Below are positions 9,490 through 18,200 of a stretch of DNA of 64,000 nt, piece by piece. The translations under genes were made by a program, and so were the position numbers. Under the pieces are notes generated by a model. The model saw nothing but the letters and a program-made list of their open reading frames with translations. It was not told the DNA's origin and did not search any database. Source of the DNA: an uncultured delta proteobacterium (GTDB taxonomy: Bacteria; Myxococcota; Myxococcia; Myxococcales; Anaeromyxobacteraceae); contig CAWFDF010000008.1 in the NCBI GenBank assembly GCA_963814585.1, positions 32,001-96,000 of the forward strand, written 5' to 3'. How positions within the stretch are numbered: position 1 is the stretch's first letter; every line of letters starts with the position of its first letter.

Positions 9490-10767
9490 TCACTCCTCGC
9501 CGGGGAGGGACGCGCCCCGGATGGAGGCGTCGAGGATCTCGATGGGCTGGGCCGCCTGGATGGTGGCGCCGCGCGCCCGGAGCTGGCGCTGGATGTGGAG
9601 CGTGCAGCCGGGGTTGGCGCTGGCGAGGTAACGGGCGCCGGTGGCCTGCACGGCCTCGGCCTTGCGGGCGCCGATGAGGTCGGCGCTCCCAGGCTGCACC
9701 AGGTTGTAGACGCCGGCGCTGCCGCAGCACTGGTCGCCGTCGCGGATCTCGACCAGCTCCAGCCCGGGGATGGCGCGCAGCAGCTCCCGGGGCGGCGCGT
9801 GGAGGCGCTGGGCGTGCCCGAGGTGGCAGGGCGAGTGGTAGGCGACCCGCGCCGGGAGGGGATGGCGCACCGCGCGCGGCGGCAGGGACGCCACCAGTTC
9901 GTTCACGTCGCGCACCTTCCTCGCGAAGGCGGCCGCTCGCGGATGGAAGGCGTCCCCCTCGAAGAGCCGCTCGCAGTCCTTGAGGTGGGAGCCGCACCCG
10001 GCCGAGTTGATGACCACCAGGTCGACCTCGACCGCCTCGAACCGCTCGATGAGGCCGCGCACCAGCCGGCGGGCCTCGTCGAGGCGGCCGGCGTGGCTGG
10101 AGAGGGCCCCGCAGCAGCCCTGCCCCGGCGGCACCACCACCTCGCACCCCTCGGCCGCCAGCACCCGGGCGGTGGCCGCGTTGACGTTGGGGAAGAAGAC
10201 CCCCTGCACGCAGCCGGTGACCATGCCGACCCGGGCCCGGCGCTCCCCGGTGGCGGGCCAGGTGGACTGGAGGCGCGGTGCGATGCTGTCGGTCCCGATC
10301 CGCGGCGCCAGCGCGTCGAGCGTGGCGAGGCGGGCCGAGACCAGGCGCAGGAGCCCGGTGACCCGCAGCAGCCACTGCAGCCCGCTCCTCGAGTAGAGGT
10401 AGAGCAGGGCGGCGGCCACCCGGAGGCGGCCCGGGTAGGGGAAGAGCGCGAAGATCGCGCCGCGGTGGAACCGATCGAGCCACCCGCGAGGCACCTCTCG
10501 CTCCCGCTGGGCCCGGGCCTCCTCGATGACCAGGTCGTAGCGGACGCCCGACGGGCAGGCGGTCATGCAGGCAAAGCAGCCGAGGCAGCGATCGAGGTGG
10601 AGCGCCACCGTGTCGTCCATCTGGAGCCTGCCGTCGCGCACCGCGCGCAGCAGGTCGATGCGGCCGCGAGGCGAGTCCATCTCCTCGCTCCAGCTGACCC
10701 AGGTGGGGCAGGTGGGGAGGCAGAAGCCGCAGTGGACGCAGTCGTCGATGTGGCCGCGGGCGGTCAT
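9490..10767 (-). CDS. glcF: Glycolate oxidase iron-sulfur subunit
   Basis: CVHCGFCLPTCP and CLGCFACMTACP 4Fe-4S motifs; two CCG domains (CCGAL, CCGSAG). Confidence 0.9.
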   Translation of the reverse strand: MTARGHIDDCVHCGFCLPTCPTWVSWSEEMDSPRGRIDLLRAVRDGRLQMDDTVALHLDRCLGCFACMTACPSGVRYDLVIEEARAQREREVPRGWLDRFHRGAIFALFPYPGRLRVAAALLYLYSRSGLQWLLRVTGLLRLVSARLATLDALAPRIGTDSIAPRLQSTWPATGERRARVGMVTGCVQGVFFPNVNAATARVLAAEGCEVVVPPGQGCCGALSSHAGRLDEARRLVRGLIERFEAVEVDLVVINSAGCGSHLKDCERLFEGDAFHPRAAAFARKVRDVNELVASLPPRAVRHPLPARVAYHSPCHLGHAQRLHAPPRELLRAIPGLELVEIRDGDQCCGSAGVYNLVQPGSADLIGARKAEAVQATGARYLASANPGCTLHIQRQLRARGATIQAAQPIEILDASIRGASLPGEE

Positions 10768-11997
10768 TCAGATCCCTCCCACGAAGCGCCCGGGGGACAG
10801 CCGCCCTTCGGGATCGAGGCGGGCCTTGAGCCGGCGCATGACCTCGATGGCCGCCGGCGTCGCGCCCCACGGCTCGAAGCCGGCGCGGACCTCTGCCGGC
10901 GCCGCCGCCAGGGTGAGCGAGCCGCGCAGCGCCACCAGGGCCTGCCGCGCCTGCCGCAGCGCCGCCAGCGCGGAGGCCGGTTCGGGTGCTGCGCCGCCCG
11001 CGAAGCCGCTGCCCACCCAAGGGTCCAGGACGGCCCAGCCCTGGCCGAGGCCGTCGGCGAGCGGTCGAACCGCGCCCTCCAGGACCGCCTCCAGCGCCGA
11101 GGGGGGCGCGGCCAGCCGGACCCGGACCGCGCCGGAGGCCCGGGCCGCCTCCTGACCGGCCCAGAACGCCTCGGCGCCGGCCGGCTCGAGCAGGTGGCAG
11201 CGGAGCCCGAGCGCCCCGCCCACGCCGTTGAGCCGCTCCGCCTGCTGCCGGACCCCCGGCCCGAAGCCCTCGAAGCGCACGCCAAGGCGGAGCCCTTCGG
11301 GGCCGGCCAGGAGCGTCACGCTGGTGGGCTCGAGCTGGGCGTCGCGGATGGCGGTCACCAGCGCTCGCACCTGCGCCCCGGTGGGCTGGTCCACCGTCAC
11401 CGTGGCGCTGGCCTCGGGGAGCGGGTGCAGCCGGAAGGTGGCCGTGGTGATGAGGCCGAGCGTGCCGAGGGAGCCGACGAGGAGCCGCGGCAGGTCGAAG
11501 CCGGCCACGTTCTTCACCACCTTGCCGCCGCCACGGGCCGCCACCCCGTCGGCCCTCACCATGGAGAGGCCGATGATCAGGTCGCGGGCCGTTCCAAAGC
11601 GGGTGCGGCGCGGGCCGAAGGCGTTGGCCGCCACCACGCCGCCCACGGTGGCCCGATCGGAAGAGGGCGGGTCGAGCGCCAGCCGCTGGCCGTGCACCGC
11701 CAGGGTGCGCTGCAGCGCCGCCAGCGGCAGGCCGGCCTCGGCCACCACGATCTGGTCCGAGGGGGAGTGCTCCACCACGCGGTCCAGCTTCCCGGTGCGG
11801 AGCACGACGTCGAGGCCCGAGGGCGGCGCGCCCACGCCGAGGTCGGTCCCGCCGCCGACGAAGGTGACGCGGAGCCGGTCGCGGGCGCAGGCCTGCATGG
11901 TCTCGGCCGCCTCCGCCACGGTGGACGGCTCGGCGACCGAGCGGGGGACGACGCCGAGGATGGCGTCGTCGGCCAGGGCTGGTCGGAAGGACGTCAC
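10768..11997 (-). CDS. glcE: Glycolate oxidase FAD-binding subunit
   Basis: GTG start overlaps the glcD stop. [14 protein letters not shown] and [25 protein letters not shown] motifs. Confidence 0.9.
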   Translation of the reverse strand: MTSFRPALADDAILGVVPRSVAEPSTVAEAAETMQACARDRLRVTFVGGGTDLGVGAPPSGLDVVLRTGKLDRVVEHSPSDQIVVAEAGLPLAALQRTLAVHGQRLALDPPSSDRATVGGVVAANAFGPRRTRFGTARDLIIGLSMVRADGVAARGGGKVVKNVAGFDLPRLLVGSLGTLGLITTATFRLHPLPEASATVTVDQPTGAQVRALVTAIRDAQLEPTSVTLLAGPEGLRLGVRFEGFGPGVRQQAERLNGVGGALGLRCHLLEPAGAEAFWAGQEAARASGAVRVRLAAPPSALEAVLEGAVRPLADGLGQGWAVLDPWVGSGFAGGAAPEPASALAALRQARQALVALRGSLTLAAAPAEVRAGFEPWGATPAAIEVMRRLKARLDPEGRLSPGRFVGGI

Positions 11998-13466
11998 CAG
12001 CGCTCCACGAGGCCGGCCACCTCGGCGGGGTGAGGGCGGTAGGGGCCGGGCCGCTCGCCGCAGAGCCGCGGCGTGGGGAAGACCTTGTCGGGGTTGAAGC
12101 GGGCGTCGGCGTCGAAGGCGCAGCGGACCAGCGCCATGGTCGCCAGGTCCTCGGGGCCGAACATGTCGGCCATGTAGGCCGCCTTCTCGGCGCCCACCCC
12201 GTGCTCCCCGGTGATCGAGCCGCCCAGGCGCACGCAGAGCCTCAGGATGTCGCCGCCCAGTCTCGACGCCTTCTCCTCCTCGCCCGGGTTCCGGGCGTCG
12301 TAGAGCACCAGCGGGTGGAGGTTGCCGTCGCCGGCGTGGAAGACGTTGGCGACCCGCAGCCCGGCCTCGGCGGCCATCCGGCCAATCTCCCGCAGCACCC
12401 GGGCGATCTCGGAGCGGGGGATGACGCCGTCCTCCACCATGTAGTTGGGGCTGAGGCGTCCCACCGCGGCGAAGGCGCTCTTGCGCCCCTTCCACATGAG
12501 CTGGCGCTCGTCCTCGTCCTTCGGCACGCGGACCTCGAGCGCGCCGGCCCTCCGGGCGATCTCGATGGCGGCGGCCGAGGTGTGCTCCACCTCCGCCAGC
12601 GGGCCGTCGGCGTCCATGAGCAGGATGGAGCCCACCTCGGGCCAGGCCAGGCCGGTGGCGGCCTTGGCGGCCTGGATGGCCAGCGTGTCCATCATCTCGA
12701 TGGCGGCCGGGAGGATGCCGGCGGCGATGATCCCGGAGACGGCGTTGCCGGCCTCGTCGGAGGAGGGGAAGGTAGCGAGGAAGGTGCGGGTGGCCTCGGG
12801 CTTGCGGAGCAGGCGCAGCGTGACCTCGGTGACGATCCCGAGCATCCCCTCGCTGCCCACCAGCGCCGCCAGCAGGTCGTAGCCGGGCGTATCCGGCGAC
12901 GGCCCGCCCAGGTCCACCACCTCGCCACCGTCGAGCACCAGGCGCGCGCCGAGGACGTGGTTCACGGTGAAGCCGTACTTGAGGCAGTGGGCGCCGCCGG
13001 AGTTCTCGGCCACGTTCCCGCCGATGGAGCAGATCGACTGCGACGAGGGGTCGGGGGCGAAGTACCAGCCCCGGCCCTGGACGGCGCGGGTGACGTCGAG
13101 GTTGATGACGCCCGGCTCCAGCCGCACCCAGCCGTCCTCCAGGTTCACCTCGAGGACGCGGCGCATGCGGGAGAGCGCCACCACCACGCCTCCGGGCGTG
13201 GGGCGGGCGCCGCCGGAGAGGCCGGTCCCCGAGCCGCGGGGGACGAGCGGCACGCCGGCCGCGCGCGCCACCCGGACCACCTCCACCACCTCCTCGGTGG
13301 AGGCCGGCAGCACCACCAGGCGGGGCCGGATCCTTCCGTGGGTGAGCCCGTCGCACTCGTAGACCGACAGCCCGGCCGGGTCGGAGATGCAGTGGGCCTC
13401 GCCGACCGCGGCGGCCATCCGCCGGGCGAGCTCCCTGGTCTCGATCTCCACGTGCTCCACGGGCAT
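11994..13466 (-). CDS. glcD: Glycolate oxidase subunit D (FAD-linked oxidase)
   Basis: [51 protein letters not shown] and GEHGVG motifs. Confidence 0.92.
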   Translation of the reverse strand: MPVEHVEIETRELARRMAAAVGEAHCISDPAGLSVYECDGLTHGRIRPRLVVLPASTEEVVEVVRVARAAGVPLVPRGSGTGLSGGARPTPGGVVVALSRMRRVLEVNLEDGWVRLEPGVINLDVTRAVQGRGWYFAPDPSSQSICSIGGNVAENSGGAHCLKYGFTVNHVLGARLVLDGGEVVDLGGPSPDTPGYDLLAALVGSEGMLGIVTEVTLRLLRKPEATRTFLATFPSSDEAGNAVSGIIAAGILPAAIEMMDTLAIQAAKAATGLAWPEVGSILLMDADGPLAEVEHTSAAAIEIARRAGALEVRVPKDEDERQLMWKGRKSAFAAVGRLSPNYMVEDGVIPRSEIARVLREIGRMAAEAGLRVANVFHAGDGNLHPLVLYDARNPGEEEKASRLGGDILRLCVRLGGSITGEHGVGAEKAAYMADMFGPEDLATMALVRCAFDADARFNPDKVFPTPRLCGERPGPYRPHPAEVAGLVERW

Positions 13467-13506
13467 TCGGCTCCAGGCGGGCCACCGGGCCCCGCTCGGC
13501 GGGTGG

Positions 13507-14694
13507 TCAGGCGGCGTAGACCTCCAGGGCGGCGGCCACGGCGGCGCCTGGCCGCTGCAGCTTGCCGGCCCGCTTCAGCAGCACCTCGAGGGCGGCGAGC
13601 ACCGCCACCACGTTGTCCTGCCGGGAGGACTCGCCCATCAGCCCGATGCGCCAGACCTTGCCGGCCAGCGGCCCGAGGCCGCCGCCGATCTCGATGTTGA
13701 ACTCGAGGAGCAGGGCCTTGCGGATGGCCGCCTCGTCGACGCCGGCCGGCACCTGGATGCAGTTGAGCGAGGGGAGCCGGTGCCCCTCCTGTGCATTGGG
13801 CGCGCAGCCCAGCGCCGCCAGGCCGGCCATGAGCGCCTTGCTGTGGAGCCGGTGGCGGGCGAAGCGGGGCTCGAGCCCCTCCTCGAGGACGATGCGGAGC
13901 GACTCGCGCAGCGCGTAGACCATGGTGATGGGGGCGGTGTGGTGGTAGGCGCGCTTCCCGTCCGCCCAGTAGTCCGCGATCATGCCGAGATCGAGGTACC
14001 AGCTCGGGCACTTGCCCTTGCGCCCCTTGACCACCTCGAGGGCGCGCGGCGAGAGGGTCAGCGGCGCCAGGCCCGGAGGGCAGGAGAGGCACTTCTGCGT
14101 GCCGCTGTAGACCACGTCGGCGCCCCAGGCGTCGACGGTGACCGGGACGCCGCCCAGCGAGGTGACGGTGTCGGCGATCAGCAGGGCGCCGTGGTCGTGG
14201 CAGAGCTGCCCAAGGCCGTCGAGCGACTGCTGGGCCCCGGTGGAGGTCTCGGCGTGGACCAGCGCCACCGCTTTCACCTTGCCGGCCTTCTTCAGCGCCT
14301 CCTCGATGGAGGCCCGGGTGAAGGTCTGGCCCCATGGGACCTCCAGCTTCACCAGGGTGGCGCCGCAGCGGCCCACGATGTCCGCCATGCGGGCGCCGAA
14401 GACGCCGGACACGCCGACGATGACGGTGTCACCCGGCTCGATGACGTTGACCAGCGCCGCCTCCATGCCGGCTGACCCGGTGCCCGAGATGGCGATGGTG
14501 AACTGGTTCTGCGTCTGGAAGGCGGTCCGGAGCATCGCCTGCACCTCGTTCATGATGACGAGGAAGGCCGGGTCGAGGTGGCCGACCAGCGGCGTGGCCA
14601 TGGCCCGCAGGACCCGCGGGCTCACCATGCTGGGTCCAGGGCCGAGGAGGAGCCGCTGGGGGGGGTTGAGCTCGGCGGGGATGGGCGCGGTCAT
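13507..14694 (-). CDS. Alanine/serine-glyoxylate aminotransferase (class V PLP enzyme)
   Basis: LLLGPGPS, GTGSAGMEA, VHAETSTG, DTVTSLGG, SGTQKCLSCPPG (PLP Lys) and YHHTAP motifs; GGAGG RBS. Confidence 0.9.
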   Translation of the reverse strand: MTAPIPAELNPPQRLLLGPGPSMVSPRVLRAMATPLVGHLDPAFLVIMNEVQAMLRTAFQTQNQFTIAISGTGSAGMEAALVNVIEPGDTVIVGVSGVFGARMADIVGRCGATLVKLEVPWGQTFTRASIEEALKKAGKVKAVALVHAETSTGAQQSLDGLGQLCHDHGALLIADTVTSLGGVPVTVDAWGADVVYSGTQKCLSCPPGLAPLTLSPRALEVVKGRKGKCPSWYLDLGMIADYWADGKRAYHHTAPITMVYALRESLRIVLEEGLEPRFARHRLHSKALMAGLAALGCAPNAQEGHRLPSLNCIQVPAGVDEAAIRKALLLEFNIEIGGGLGPLAGKVWRIGLMGESSRQDNVVAVLAALEVLLKRAGKLQRPGAAVAAALEVYAA

Positions 14695-14856
14695 GTGCTG
14701 CCTCCGGTCGAAGCGGTCGGACGTGGAGAGGGTTGAGGGGGCAGGACGGCGCCCAGTCGGCCGCGGGAACGTTGCCATGAGCCCCGGAGGCATCGCAAGG
14801 ATCGTTGGGGCGCACCGCCGGTTCCCGGAGCCCCCGACGTCGCGCGCTGAGTCACC

Positions 14857-14870
14857 ATAATACATATTAT
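14857..14870. promoter_or_regulatory. AT-rich palindrome, candidate operator of the aminotransferase-glcDEF operon
   Basis: ATAATA-ca-TATTAT inverted repeat in a very GC-rich background, about 165 nt upstream of the first gene. Confidence 0.55.
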
Positions 14871-14938
14871 CGGACATGGGCATGCCGCGCCCAGGTGCAA
14901 TCGTCCGGTCCCAGCCAGGTAGAGGTTTCCAGCCAGGG

Positions 14939-17899
14939 TCAGGGGTTGGCGGCGGTCTTCTCGCGCAGCCTCTCGGCCAGGGCCTTCGCCTCCTTGAGCA
15001 CGGGCGAGTCGGGGTCGGCCCGCTTCCAGGCCTCGATCAGCGAGTTCACCTGCTGGCGGGCCTCGGCCCGGCGGCCGAGGACCTCGAGGGCCCGCGCCTG
15101 GACGATCCGGGCGCGCGGCCAGGCCCAGGTCTTCCAGTAGCCGCCGCCGAAGGTCCGGTCGAACCGCTCCATGGCCGCGAGCGCCTCGGCGTGCCGGCCC
15201 CGCGCCGCCTCGATCTCCCCGAGCGTGTACAGCGAGATGACCCTGTAATCGTCCTTGCCCTCGGTGAGCGGACGGAGCGCGGCGGCGGCCTCCTCGTGCC
15301 GGCCGCCCCGCCAGGCGGCCATGCCCCGGTAGAGCGCCTCGGCGGCCGATCCCGGCTCGATGGTGCGCGCCAGCTCGGCGGCGCGAGGCAGGTCGCCCAG
15401 CATGGCCGCCACCGCCGCCAGCCGCTCCCGCTTCTTCCGGGCCTCGACCGTGGCGTCGCCGCCGGTCTCCTGCCAGGCGCTCACCAGCGCCGCCAGCTCG
15501 GCGCGCGCCTGGACCAGCTGGCCGTCGCCGAAGAAGTGGAGCATCCGGCTCTCGTGGTAGGCCGGCGATGCCGCGCCCGGGCTCGCCTCGCGCAGCCCCT
15601 CCAGCGCCCGGAGCGCCTCGCGGCGGCGTCCCTGCAGCGCCAGCGCCGCGGCGTACTGGCTCGAGGCCAGGGCCCGCTCCCGCTTGCTCCTCCGGGGTTC
15701 GGCCGCCAGCACCGAGCTGGTCAGGCCCTCGGCCGCCTCGAAGTCGCCGTGGTGGAGCAGGATCTCCACCAGCGTGCCGCGGGTCCAGGTGTTCGGCTCC
15801 AGCTGGAAGGCCCGGCGAGCGCTCTCCAGGGCCTCGTCCAGCTTCCCGGCCTGCGCCAGCGAGGTCGCCAGGGCCCGGTAGGAGGTCGCCCCGGGGGACT
15901 GCTCCACCCAGCGCCGGGCGCGGACCAGCAGCTCGTCGTTCCGGCCGAGGATGCGCAGGCAGTCCGCCAGGTGGAGCTGGGCCGGCTCCCAGGTCGGGTC
16001 GAGCAGCAGGGCCCGGTCGAAGAGCGGGAGGGCCAGCTCGGCCTTCCCCTCGTGGAAGTGGAGGTCCGCCGCCAGGTAGAGGACCTCCTTCTCCTGCGGC
16101 CAGGCCTCCACCGCCCTGGCGTACAGCCCGTGGGCCTCGTCGCTCCGCTTCTCCATGTGGGCCTGCCAGGCCCGGATGAGGAGCCGCTCCTTCTCCCCCA
16201 CCTTGGCGCTGTTGGCCACCGCGGCCTCGATGTGCTGCTTGCGCTCGGCCGCCGGCAGCTCGATGAACTCGCCCAGGTAGGCGATCTGGTAATGGGCCAG
16301 GGCGAAGCCGGGGTCGGCCCGGAGCGCCTCGCGGAACTCGGCGATGGCCTCCTCGTAGCGGGTGCGCTCCTCCTGCTGCTGCCCGCGGAAGTAGTGCTCG
16401 TAGGCCTCCAGGCTGGCGGTGGTGGCCTCGGCCACCTTGACGCGCGAGGCCTGCACCTGGGCCGGCGCCTCCCGCAGGCGCTGGCGGATCTGCTCGGAGA
16501 GCCGGTCGATGAGCCCGGGGATGCTCGCCTTGGAGGTCCCCTGCTCCTTCACGGCGAAGAGGTACTGGTCGGAGGCCGGGTCGAGCACCTGCATCTCGAT
16601 GGCGTAGACCTCGTCGAAGCGCCGGATGGTGGCGAGCACCAGCGCCTGGACCCCGGCCTTCCGCCCCAGCTCGCGCCCCAGCACCTCGTCGATGCGGGCC
16701 GCCGGCTCCTTGCCCATCTGGCGCAGCAGGTCGAACATGCGCGCCCGGGTGAGCACCTGCAGGTGCCGCGACTGCTCCAGCGAGGTGATGAGCATGCCGG
16801 AGAGGCCGTTCAGGTCGGCCTGGCCCGTCTCGTTGGCGAAGTCGGCCACCGCGACCGGGATCCGGGCGGCGGGCGCCCGCTGGGCGCTCAGCCGCAGCAC
16901 GCCCGCCGACACCAGGGCCAGCAGGACCAGCACCGCGGCGATCCCCCAGGCCAGGGGCTTGCCGCGACGGCGCGGGCCACCCAGCGCCCGCTCGGCCGAG
17001 AGCAACGACTCCAGGGCGGCCCGGGCCCCCCTGGGCCTCCCGGCGGGCTCCCGGGAGAGGGCCTGCCCGAGGAAGGGGCGCACCGCCCGTGGCAGGCCGT
17101 CGAGCCTCGGCGCTGGGCCGGGGTCCAGCGCGGTGCTGCGCCCGCCCTTCACCTCGTACGGGAGGCGCCCGGTGAGCATCTGGTGCAGCATGACGCCCAG
17201 GGCGAAGAGGTCGGTGCGCTCGTCGTCGGCCTCGCCGCGCCACTGCTCCGGCGCCATGTACGCGGGGGTGCCCCCCTTCTCGCCGCTCCCGGAGCCGAAG
17301 ATCCGGGAGAGGCCGAAGTCGAGGATCTTGGCGCCTCCGTCGGCGGTCAGCATCACGTTGGAGGGCTTGAGGTCGCGGTGCAGCACGCCGGCGCCGTGGG
17401 CATGGGCCAGGCCGCGGGCCACCTCCGCCGCGATGCGGACCGCCTCCGGCGGCAGGATCGGGCCCCGCTCCAGCCGCGCCTCCAGCGTCTCGCCGTGGAG
17501 CCGTTCCATCACCAGGAAGGTGGTGGCGTCGGCCCGGCCGGCGTCGTGGAGCGTGACGATGTTCGGGTGGTTGAGCTGGGCCGCCGCCTCGGCCTCCTGC
17601 CTGAGCATGGCGGTGTGCTGCGGATCGTGCCGGCGGGCGCGGACGGTCTTCACCGCCACCAGCCGGCCCAGCTCGCGGTCCCGGGCCTCGTAGACCACCC
17701 CGAAGCCGCCGCGGCCGATCTCCCGGAGGATCTCGTAGCGCCCCAGGGTCTGCCCCTGCCGCAGCGCCGGAGCGACGTCGTCCAGCGGCGGGCTCGGCGC
17801 CCTCGCCAGGTCCTCGAGCAGCGCCGAGAGCGCGCCGCGCCGGACCGGGGCGGCCACTCCAGGCTCGGGCTCCACCGGCTGGTTCTCGGCGGGAGGCAT
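14939..17899 (-). CDS. Hanks-type Ser/Thr protein kinase with a TM helix, a TolB-N/CsgG-like domain and TPR repeats
   Basis: GRGGFGVV, VAVK, HRDLKPSN, DFG and GTPAYMAPE motifs; TM AWGIAAVLVLLALVSAGVL; VAVADFANETG; TPR-like helices. Confidence 0.9.
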   Translation of the reverse strand: MPPAENQPVEPEPGVAAPVRRGALSALLEDLARAPSPPLDDVAPALRQGQTLGRYEILREIGRGGFGVVYEARDRELGRLVAVKTVRARRHDPQHTAMLRQEAEAAAQLNHPNIVTLHDAGRADATTFLVMERLHGETLEARLERGPILPPEAVRIAAEVARGLAHAHGAGVLHRDLKPSNVMLTADGGAKILDFGLSRIFGSGSGEKGGTPAYMAPEQWRGEADDERTDLFALGVMLHQMLTGRLPYEVKGGRSTALDPGPAPRLDGLPRAVRPFLGQALSREPAGRPRGARAALESLLSAERALGGPRRRGKPLAWGIAAVLVLLALVSAGVLRLSAQRAPAARIPVAVADFANETGQADLNGLSGMLITSLEQSRHLQVLTRARMFDLLRQMGKEPAARIDEVLGRELGRKAGVQALVLATIRRFDEVYAIEMQVLDPASDQYLFAVKEQGTSKASIPGLIDRLSEQIRQRLREAPAQVQASRVKVAEATTASLEAYEHYFRGQQQEERTRYEEAIAEFREALRADPGFALAHYQIAYLGEFIELPAAERKQHIEAAVANSAKVGEKERLLIRAWQAHMEKRSDEAHGLYARAVEAWPQEKEVLYLAADLHFHEGKAELALPLFDRALLLDPTWEPAQLHLADCLRILGRNDELLVRARRWVEQSPGATSYRALATSLAQAGKLDEALESARRAFQLEPNTWTRGTLVEILLHHGDFEAAEGLTSSVLAAEPRRSKRERALASSQYAAALALQGRRREALRALEGLREASPGAASPAYHESRMLHFFGDGQLVQARAELAALVSAWQETGGDATVEARKKRERLAAVAAMLGDLPRAAELARTIEPGSAAEALYRGMAAWRGGRHEEAAAALRPLTEGKDDYRVISLYTLGEIEAARGRHAEALAAMERFDRTFGGGYWKTWAWPRARIVQARALEVLGRRAEARQQVNSLIEAWKRADPDSPVLKEAKALAERLREKTAANP

Positions 17900-18200
17900 G
17901 AGAGAAGATCGTAAGGCGTCCGTGCCCGCGCGCCTAGGGGCAAGCGCCGGAAGGGTCCATCCGGCGAGCAGGGTCCCGGCCACCCAGCCAGGACGGGTGC
18001 GAACCGAGGTACGAGGTCCGCCTGGCCCTCGGCCGCGACCACGAGCCCTGGATCACGGCGATCTGGTCGATTCCACGGCCGGAATGGCGGCACATCGAAG
18101 GGTCACGGATGGCCCCGACGCGTCTCCGTTCTCAGGACCACCGACTCCTGCACTCTCCCGTGCCGCCGCGCTCCCGTCTCCACACGAGGCTCCACCTCAC

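Noticed and set aside
14700..14935. Glycine riboswitch or sigma54 promoter ahead of the aminotransferase
   Set aside because: No glycine aptamer motifs on the sense strand. The best sigma54-like match (TGGCAACGTTCCCGC) lacks the conserved TTGC.
18001..18110. Coding-like stretch (YEVRLALGRDHEPWITAIWSIPRPEWRHIEG) in the kinase-dcp intergenic region
   Set aside because: No start codon or RBS after the upstream in-frame stop and no recognisable family. It may be a gene remnant, but I cannot support it.
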